The notes beneath the pieces were generated by a model. The model was not told the origin of the DNA. It saw nothing but the letters and a program-made list of their open reading frames with translations, and did no database searches. A DNA stretch of 64,000 nucleotides from an uncultured Myxococcales bacterium (lineage in GTDB: Bacteria > Myxococcota_A > UBA9042): positions 20,313-84,312 of the forward strand of contig CAIMEY010000089.1 of assembly GCA_903840165.1 (NCBI GenBank), given 5' to 3'. Of the stretch, positions 57,808-64,000 are shown piece after piece. The stretch's first letter is position 1; the number at the start of each line of letters is the position of its first letter. The position numbers were made by a program, and so were the translations under genes.

Positions 57808-60354
57808 ATGACCGATCGCGTGTGGCAGGGATGGGCGCGGATTTCCCACCAACATGCGGGAAAACTGCTGGGGCTCGGGGTGGCGGTGCTATTGGCATCG
57901 CTGCCCTGGGCGGCCCAGCTCTACGGCAACTTACACACAGATATCCGTGAGTTGCTGCCCCAAGGCGCCCCTGCTGCTGTCGCGCTCGATGAGCTAGAAC
58001 ACCGAATCGACGGGCTCTCTTCCCTGACCCTGGTGGTTCAAGCCGACGAGCCGAAACAAGGCCAAGCATTTGTCGACGCTTTAGCCAAACAAATTCGGCA
58101 GTTACCGGCCGGAATGCTCTCGCGCGTCGATGCCGACCTCAAACAGGAACAAGCCTTTTCGCACGCCCACGGCGCGCTGTACGCGGACACCTCAGATCTA
58201 CAGACAATTGCCGATGGCTTGCAGAAGCGCAAGGACGAGGCTCGCAAAAAAGCCAATCCTTTCCATGTTGAGATCGACGACGATCCGCCGCCGGTGGCGC
58301 CTACGGCGACAGAGCCCAAGGCCGATGACCTCGATGCCGCCGTCGAACGTCTGCGGCAAAAAGCCAAGCAAGCCGATACCTTCCCGAGTGGCTACTTCGC
58401 CAGCGAGGACGGCAAGACCCTGATCGTGCAGGTCAAGCCGTTGGGCGCTGCCGTGGACCTCGATTCGGCCAAGAAGTTGTTCACGGCCGTGGACGGCATT
58501 GTCCAGGGACTTCACCCAACTTTCCCAAAGATTCATGTTGGTTATAGTGGCGAAGTCCGTGGTGTGATCGAGGCCCAGCAGCATCTGGTCGCGGACATGC
58601 TGACCTCGTCGGTGCTCGTCTTGGTCGCTGTCTCGGCGGTACTTCTTTTGTATTTCGGGCACTTGCACAGCTTGCCGCAGTTGATCCTTCCTCTGTTCAT
58701 CGGCGCGACAGCGACCTTCGCGGTTTCGCGCTGGGTCATCGAATACCTCAATCCGAACACGGCCTTTCTCGGCAGCATCATTGTCGGTAATGGCATCAAC
58801 GCGGGCATCATCTTGCTGGGCCGCTACGACGAGCAGCGTCGCCAAGGGCAAGCCGCCGAGCAAGCTTGGCAGCAAGCGCTGTCCTCGACTTGGCTGGCAA
58901 CCTTGACCGCGAGTGGCGCCGCGGCGCTGAGCTACGGTGCCTTGGGAACCGTGCAATTTCGGGGCTTTAATCAGTTTGGCTTCATCGGCTTTCTCGGCAT
59001 GATCACGTGCTGGCTAACTACCTACGCGTGGCTGCCGGCCGTGACTACAGTGCTGGAGCGGTGGCGACCGAATAACTACGGCAAGCTCACACAACCATTG
59101 AAGTTGACTTCCTTTTTTGCCAATCTGGTCACGCGTCATGCGCCTTGGGCCACCGCCTTTGCAGCTCTACTGGCCGCCCTTGCGGTGGTCGGTGCGCTGC
59201 ATTTTTCCCAGGCACCTATTGAACATAACTTGCAAAACCTAGGTTCGCGCCAGGGCCAAATCGACGGGGAAGCCTTCTGGGGCCGCCGTGTTGACGCCGT
59301 CATGCGCAGTTACCAGACGCCGACGGTGATTTTGACCGATAGCCCCGCTCAGGCCGAGCAAGCTGCGGCAGCGTTGAGGACGGCGAAAAAGGCCGAAGGC
59401 AGCCACGGCACCATCGATACGGTTCGGACATTGCAAGACTTTCTCCCGGCCGACCAGCAGGCGCGTCTGCCCTTGGTGGGCCGCATTCTCGCACTGCTGC
59501 AGCCGGCCAATGGCACGCTGGGCCAAGTGGATGCCAAGCTCTTGCAGCGTGTTCGCCCCGATCTACGCGAAACAGTAAAGCAATTGGCCAGGGACACCCA
59601 GCTGACGCCGGTCACCCCCGCGGATTTGCCACTGCGCTGGGGAGCCCCTTTCCATGAGAAAACAGGCCATTGTCTAGGCTGCATCGCCTTGGTCTATCCG
59701 ACGCTGACCACCGATGCCTCCAATGGCCAGGGCCAGGTGCAACATGCGCAATTACTTCGGGAAACTGTCAGTAGCTCGGTGCCCGGTGCCCGCATTGCCG
59801 GGACCATCGTGCTGACTTCAGACATCAATCGCGCGATCACGGTCGACGGACGCGGCGCGACGCTGCTGAGCCTTTTGGCCGTAGCGCTGATTACCTTTAT
59901 TATTCTGAGGTCTTTGAGTGCTGCGGCGTGGGTGGTGACATCCCTGGCCGTGGGCGTGCTGTGGATGTTCGGTGCCTTGGGCTGGCTCGGCATCAAGTTG
60001 AATTTCGTCAATTTCGCTGTAATGCCAATCACTTTTGGCATTGGCATCGACTACGCCGTCAACTACGTGCAGCGCTATCGTCAGGTCCAAGATGCGGCAG
60101 CGGCCCTGCGCTCGATCGGTGGCGCTGTAGCGCTTTGTTCTGCAACGACAATCATCGGCTATGCGACGCTGATAACGGCCGACAACCGAGCTGTGCAGTC
60201 CTTCGGCATCAGCGCCGTTCTTGGTGAAATCACTTGTCTTTCTGCCGCGCTTCTCTTGACACCCGCGCTTTTGGCCTGGCGCGACCAACGGGTGCGGCGC
60301 AGGGCCAACCGCTTGGCCAACGACGCTTTGGCTCAACCACCTTCAACTCTCTGA
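57808..60354 (+). CDS. MMPL/RND-superfamily (HpnN-like) membrane transporter, probable lipid exporter
   Basis: 848 aa with two TM bundles and two periplasmic loops, as in an RND duplication. GNGINAGIILLGRY and FGIGIDYAVNYVQRY are MMPL-type motifs. Confidence 0.75.
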   Translation: MTDRVWQGWARISHQHAGKLLGLGVAVLLASLPWAAQLYGNLHTDIRELLPQGAPAAVALDELEHRIDGLSSLTLVVQADEPKQGQAFVDALAKQIRQLPAGMLSRVDADLKQEQAFSHAHGALYADTSDLQTIADGLQKRKDEARKKANPFHVEIDDDPPPVAPTATEPKADDLDAAVERLRQKAKQADTFPSGYFASEDGKTLIVQVKPLGAAVDLDSAKKLFTAVDGIVQGLHPTFPKIHVGYSGEVRGVIEAQQHLVADMLTSSVLVLVAVSAVLLLYFGHLHSLPQLILPLFIGATATFAVSRWVIEYLNPNTAFLGSIIVGNGINAGIILLGRYDEQRRQGQAAEQAWQQALSSTWLATLTASGAAALSYGALGTVQFRGFNQFGFIGFLGMITCWLTTYAWLPAVTTVLERWRPNNYGKLTQPLKLTSFFANLVTRHAPWATAFAALLAALAVVGALHFSQAPIEHNLQNLGSRQGQIDGEAFWGRRVDAVMRSYQTPTVILTDSPAQAEQAAAALRTAKKAEGSHGTIDTVRTLQDFLPADQQARLPLVGRILALLQPANGTLGQVDAKLLQRVRPDLRETVKQLARDTQLTPVTPADLPLRWGAPFHEKTGHCLGCIALVYPTLTTDASNGQGQVQHAQLLRETVSSSVPGARIAGTIVLTSDINRAITVDGRGATLLSLLAVALITFIILRSLSAAAWVVTSLAVGVLWMFGALGWLGIKLNFVNFAVMPITFGIGIDYAVNYVQRYRQVQDAAAALRSIGGAVALCSATTIIGYATLITADNRAVQSFGISAVLGEITCLSAALLLTPALLAWRDQRVRRRANRLANDALAQPPSTL

Positions 60355-60390
60355 CACCAAAGTGCAATCCTGCACAAGGCGACTAGAATC

Positions 60391-61488
60391 ATGGCAAACT
60401 CGAAGCTGCGTGGCGCCCTCATTGGCTATGGCTGGATTGCCCGTCACGGCCACGTGCCGCATTACCAAGCGACGGACGAGGTGACCCTGGTGGCTGTGGC
60501 CGACCCGGTGCTCGCGTGCCGGACCCAAGCTGCCCATGATTTCCCGGGGATCCGCTGCTACAACGACGCAGCGAGTCTGTTGGCGGCCGAGAAGGACCTA
60601 GACTTTGTCGACATTTGCACGCCGCCCTGCTGGCACGCCGAATACGCAATTGCAGCTTTGGAACAAGGGCTTCACGTCCTGTGCGAAAAGCCCCTGGCGA
60701 CTTCGACGGCCCAGGCGACGGCCATGCTGCAAGCAGCTGAAAAAGCAGGAAAAGTACTCCTTCCTTGCCACACGTACAAGCACGCCCCGGTGGTCCGCGC
60801 TGTGCGTAAGTTGTTGGATGAAGACCGGATTGGCAAGGTTCACTTGGTTACCTTGCAGACCTTTCGCAACACGCACGCCAAAGGCATCCCCGACTGGAAC
60901 ACCGATTGGCGCCGCGAGTTCCGCTATTCGGGCGGTGGCATCGCCATGGATCACGGTAGCCACACGTTTTACTTGGCTTTTGACTGGCTTGGCGCCTTGC
61001 CGACCAGCGTGACGGCGCAGATGACAGCCCAAGGCAACTGGGACACCGAAGACGCCTACAGCTGCACCGCTACTTTCCCCAATGGCGGCCTTGCGATGGC
61101 TCAGTTGACCTGGACTGCCGGCATCCGCCGCGTGTACTACACGATTCACGGCGAAAGGGGCGCAATTACAGTGCAAGACGACGACGTGGAGCTCTGCATC
61201 AAGGGCGAGGCCTTGGCCGGCGGCAACGGCACAGTGACGTGGAGCTATGAAAAGATCGCTTGCCCTTCCGATTGGATGGATGCCAGTCATTGCGGGTGGT
61301 TTGGCTCCTTGTTTGCCAAGTTCCAGGCGACGATCGCCTCCGGTCAGGCCGTCTCTTCGGAGCTAGAGCAAGCCTGGACCTGCGTGCATCTCATTGAATC
61401 TTCGTACAAATCCGCGCAGGCATCCAGCCTCGCTCAGCCCTTGGCCCCCGTCGCACAGGTGCGCGGCGCCGTGGCAGGAGGTCGCTAA
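60391..61488 (+). CDS. Gfo/Idh/MocA-family NAD(P)-dependent oxidoreductase
   Basis: N-terminal Rossmann segment LRGALIGYGWIARHGHVPHY, plus LCEKPLA, the conserved EKP motif. Confidence 0.8.
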   Translation: MANSKLRGALIGYGWIARHGHVPHYQATDEVTLVAVADPVLACRTQAAHDFPGIRCYNDAASLLAAEKDLDFVDICTPPCWHAEYAIAALEQGLHVLCEKPLATSTAQATAMLQAAEKAGKVLLPCHTYKHAPVVRAVRKLLDEDRIGKVHLVTLQTFRNTHAKGIPDWNTDWRREFRYSGGGIAMDHGSHTFYLAFDWLGALPTSVTAQMTAQGNWDTEDAYSCTATFPNGGLAMAQLTWTAGIRRVYYTIHGERGAITVQDDDVELCIKGEALAGGNGTVTWSYEKIACPSDWMDASHCGWFGSLFAKFQATIASGQAVSSELEQAWTCVHLIESSYKSAQASSLAQPLAPVAQVRGAVAGGR

Positions 61489-62252
61489 TGGCTGACTGGA
61501 TCTATCCGCTGCTGCCGTGGGTGCCCATTGCCCTGCTAATCGTGGTGTGGATCCCGATGAAAGCTGCGGGAAAGACGCCGCATTTTCAGCGGACGGACGA
61601 GCTCGGCGGCAGCGCCTTGGTCGGCAAGAATGCCAAAGAAATGATGTATTGGGCGATGCAGCCCGCTGGCCGTATCTTGCTCACGCTGCGCATCACGGCC
61701 AACGGTGTCACCTGGAGCTCGGGAATGTTCGGCCTAGGCGCCGGCATCGCATTAGCCAATGGTCGCATGGGGTTAGGCTCGCTGCTTGCCTTTCTTTCCT
61801 TCCTGGCCGATGGTCTCGACGGCATGGTCGCCCGGCTCAACGGCACCGGCTCCTTGGCGGGCGAAGTGCTCGATGCGGCCATGGATCGCTACGTCGAGTT
61901 CTTCTGGTTCATCGGCGTTGCTGTATGGTATCGCGGAGATACGCCCCGGCTTGTCCTGACCTTGGCCGCCTTGGCCGGCGCGATGATGGTCAGCTACACC
62001 TCGGCTAAGGCGGAATCGATGCAGACCGAAGTGCCCAGCGGGGCCATGCGGCGCATCGAGCGGGCGGTCGTGGTCAGCTGCGGCGGCTCCTTCACCGCTT
62101 TTGCCAAACCTTTTGAAGGCTTCTGGCAGGACCATGGCATCGCCGCCGATTGGCCGATGCTGTTGGCGCTTGGCCTTATCGCAGTTCTGGGTAATTACAG
62201 CACTTTTACTCGATCCCGGGCCTTGATGCGGGCAGTCGCCCATCGCAAATAG
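61488..62252 (+). CDS. CDP-alcohol phosphatidyltransferase family protein (candidate phosphatidylinositol-phosphate synthase-like)
   Basis: The complete motif D-G-x2-D-G-x2-A-R-x8-G-x3-D-x3-D is present in ADGLDGMVARLNGTGSLAGEVLDAAMD. Membrane protein. The start overlaps the previous stop (TAATG). Confidence 0.85.
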   Translation: MADWIYPLLPWVPIALLIVVWIPMKAAGKTPHFQRTDELGGSALVGKNAKEMMYWAMQPAGRILLTLRITANGVTWSSGMFGLGAGIALANGRMGLGSLLAFLSFLADGLDGMVARLNGTGSLAGEVLDAAMDRYVEFFWFIGVAVWYRGDTPRLVLTLAALAGAMMVSYTSAKAESMQTEVPSGAMRRIERAVVVSCGGSFTAFAKPFEGFWQDHGIAADWPMLLALGLIAVLGNYSTFTRSRALMRAVAHRK

Positions 62253-62277
62253 CGCGGGTCTTGGTCTCCATCCCTAG

Positions 62278-62697
62278 GTGACCGCAGCGAGTTTCGTGAA
62301 GAATTTTCCGTTCTTACAACTGCTCCGCCATCAGCTCGGTGCCATTGTCACCACGGCGGTGGACTTCTCGGTCATGGCCGTGGTCGTATCGGGGCTGGGG
62401 CAATCGCCTGTCCTAGGCACCGTTTGCGGAGCAAGTTGCGGTGCCGTCACCAATTTCTACCTGGGCCGCCGCTGGATCTTTGGCGCCGAAAAGCAGGGCA
62501 AGCGTGGGCAGTTGGCCCGCTACCTCCTTGTTTCTGCTACAAGTCTGGGCTTCAATGCCGGTGGTGAGTGGTTGCTCGCCGTACGCTTAGGGCTTGGCTA
62601 CGTGATCGCACGCGCCGCAGTGGCGGTTGCTGTCAGTTTGCTTTGGAATTACCCCATGCAGCGGCATTTTGTCTTTGCCGTACCGAGGATCCCGTGA
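62278..62697 (+). CDS. GtrA-family membrane protein
   Basis: 139 aa with four TM helices. It has the GtrA-like N-terminus FLRHQLGAIVTTAVDF and the C-terminal NYPMQRHFVF. Confidence 0.7.
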   Translation: MTAASFVKNFPFLQLLRHQLGAIVTTAVDFSVMAVVVSGLGQSPVLGTVCGASCGAVTNFYLGRRWIFGAEKQGKRGQLARYLLVSATSLGFNAGGEWLLAVRLGLGYVIARAAVAVAVSLLWNYPMQRHFVFAVPRIP

Positions 62698-64000
62698 CGA
62701 CATTGGAAGCCAAATCTCAAGACTTGACAAACATCAACCCAAGCCAACCCAAGAATCAGCAAGTGGTTTTGCGCACGTCTTTGCCAGGCCCCTTAAGCCA
62801 GGCGCTGCGTGACCGGGAGGATGCCCACCTCGCCCCGGGTGCCCAAGCCTACGCGTTGCAGGCGGGCGTTGTCGTCGATCACGCTGAAAACGTGGCGATT
62901 ACCGATGTCGATGGCAATACGCTCTTCGATTTCGTCGGTGGCATCGGTGTTTGCGCCATTGGCCACAGCCATCCGCGCTGGGTCAAGGCGCTGCAGAATC
63001 AGACCGCCAAGGCCGCCATGGGTTCGTTCACCAGCACGGCAAGGGTCGAATTACTCGAACGAATCGCCGCGCAGCCTCCGGCCCCAGGCGTCCATCGCAC
63101 CCAGCTCTACTCCGGCGGGGCCGAAGCCGTGGAGAGTGCCCTGCGTTTGGCCCGCGCCCACACAGGACGTCAGGATTTCATGGCGTTTTGGGGCGCTTTT
63201 CATGGCAAGACGGTCGGCGCCTTGTCGCTGATGGGCTCGCCCTGGTCGCGCGGACTCGGGCCGCTCATGTCCGGCGTTCACCACAGCCCTTATGCCGATT
63301 GCTATCGCTGCCCGCTTGGAACTACCTATCCCGGCTGCGGATTGGCCTGTGCCGAGCAGTTGCGCCAACGCCTCAAGTCGGGGCCCGAAGTCGCCGCGGT
63401 GATCGCCGAGCCCATCCAAGGGACCGCTGGCAACATCGCGCCGCCCAATGACTTTATCCCTGCCGTGGCGCAGATTGCCCACGAGAGCGGTGCGCTCTTC
63501 ATCGCCGACGAAATGATCACGGGCTTTGGTCGCACCGGCAAACGGTGGGGCGTGCAACACAGCGGCGCACGGCCAGATATCGTCACGATTGGCAAGGCTT
63601 TTGGCGGTGGATTCCCCATCAGTGGCCTCATCACCCGCGACGACATTTGCCAGGCCAAGCCGTGGAGCGCCCCTTCGGGTTCTTCGTCGAGTTACGGCGG
63701 AAATCCGCTCGCTTGCGCGGCAGCCAACAGCGCCTTGGAAATTATTGAGGACGAGCATTTGGCGCAAAATGCCGCCGAAGTCGGGGCGATTCTGCTGGAG
63801 GAACTGCAAGACCTGGCCGAAGCCTTCCCCTTTGTCGGCCTGGTGCAGGGCAAGGGCCTGATGTTACGCATTGAATTGGTGCAGGACCGCCAGACCAAGG
63901 AGCCGCTGAGTCGCGCTGTGTGTATGCGCCTGTTCCACGCCCTGGTGCGTCGCGGCCTGATCACGATGGCGACTTCACCGCACCTGCGCTTGCAGCCGCC
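62694..64000 (+). CDS. Class-III (fold type I) PLP-dependent aminotransferase; 3' end runs off the window
   Basis: Absent from the ORF track because there is no stop in the window. The GTG at 62694 overlaps the gtrA stop (GTGA). Translation gives DVDGNTLFDFVGGIGVCAIGHSHP, SGGAEAVESALRLAR, ADEMITGFGRTGKRW and TIGKAFGGGFP, which contains the PLP lysine. Confidence 0.85.
   Translation, partial: MTTLEAKSQDLTNINPSQPKNQQVVLRTSLPGPLSQALRDREDAHLAPGAQAYALQAGVVVDHAENVAITDVDGNTLFDFVGGIGVCAIGHSHPRWVKALQNQTAKAAMGSFTSTARVELLERIAAQPPAPGVHRTQLYSGGAEAVESALRLARAHTGRQDFMAFWGAFHGKTVGALSLMGSPWSRGLGPLMSGVHHSPYADCYRCPLGTTYPGCGLACAEQLRQRLKSGPEVAAVIAEPIQGTAGNIAPPNDFIPAVAQIAHESGALFIADEMITGFGRTGKRWGVQHSGARPDIVTIGKAFGGGFPISGLITRDDICQAKPWSAPSGSSSSYGGNPLACAAANSALEIIEDEHLAQNAAEVGAILLEELQDLAEAFPFVGLVQGKGLMLRIELVQDRQTKEPLSRAVCMRLFHALVRRGLITMATSPHLRLQP

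Overview
This is a GC-rich chromosomal segment (roughly 60-65% GC by eye) from a diderm bacterium. The gene content looks Myxococcota-like: lipobox lipoproteins, two Hanks-type Ser/Thr kinases, two ECF sigma factors, a ~1050-aa protein built of Myxococcus-type cysteine-rich repeats, and OprP- and TolC-type outer-membrane proteins. That taxonomic call is an inference and is not verified. I support about 43 protein-coding genes. The window is close to 90% coding. I saw no rRNA, tRNA, CRISPR array, transposase or integrase.

Main content:
1. Positions 1-6843 are the 5' part of a giant minus-strand gene. The ORF track misses it because the frame runs off the window. It is a type-I fatty-acid-synthase-like megasynthase with domain order AT-ER-DH-MPT-ACP.
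2. A menaquinone operon, menB-menA-menC/menE, in which menC and menE are fused.
3. Housekeeping genes: gyrA, tldD/pmbA, glmU, ilvE, secA and greB.
4. An operon encoding a porin, a TPR lipoprotein and an apparently exported NACHT-like P-loop protein.
5. An ECF sigma / anti-sigma / Spy-like module.
6. A light-response module: class II photolyase, ECF sigma factor, and a CarH/LitR-type B12 regulator carrying the Wx9EH motif.
7. A tightly packed inositol-lipid-like operon: ino1, MMPL exporter, Gfo/Idh/MocA dehydrogenase, CDP-alcohol phosphatidyltransferase, GtrA and a class-III aminotransferase. It sits beside tetR and divergent mlaC-like/tolC-like genes.
8. The signal least explained by the gene annotation is an AT-rich 11-mer, TGTATAGCAAG, with a ~20-nt extended consensus. 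It occurs 7 times exactly plus 3 degenerate copies, almost all on the + strand. Copies lie in 3' intergenic regions and in-frame inside four genes. Three tandem copies at 37.4-37.8 kb are each followed by a hairpin whose stem sequence covaries.

All functional calls come from by-eye motif recognition. No database search was run.
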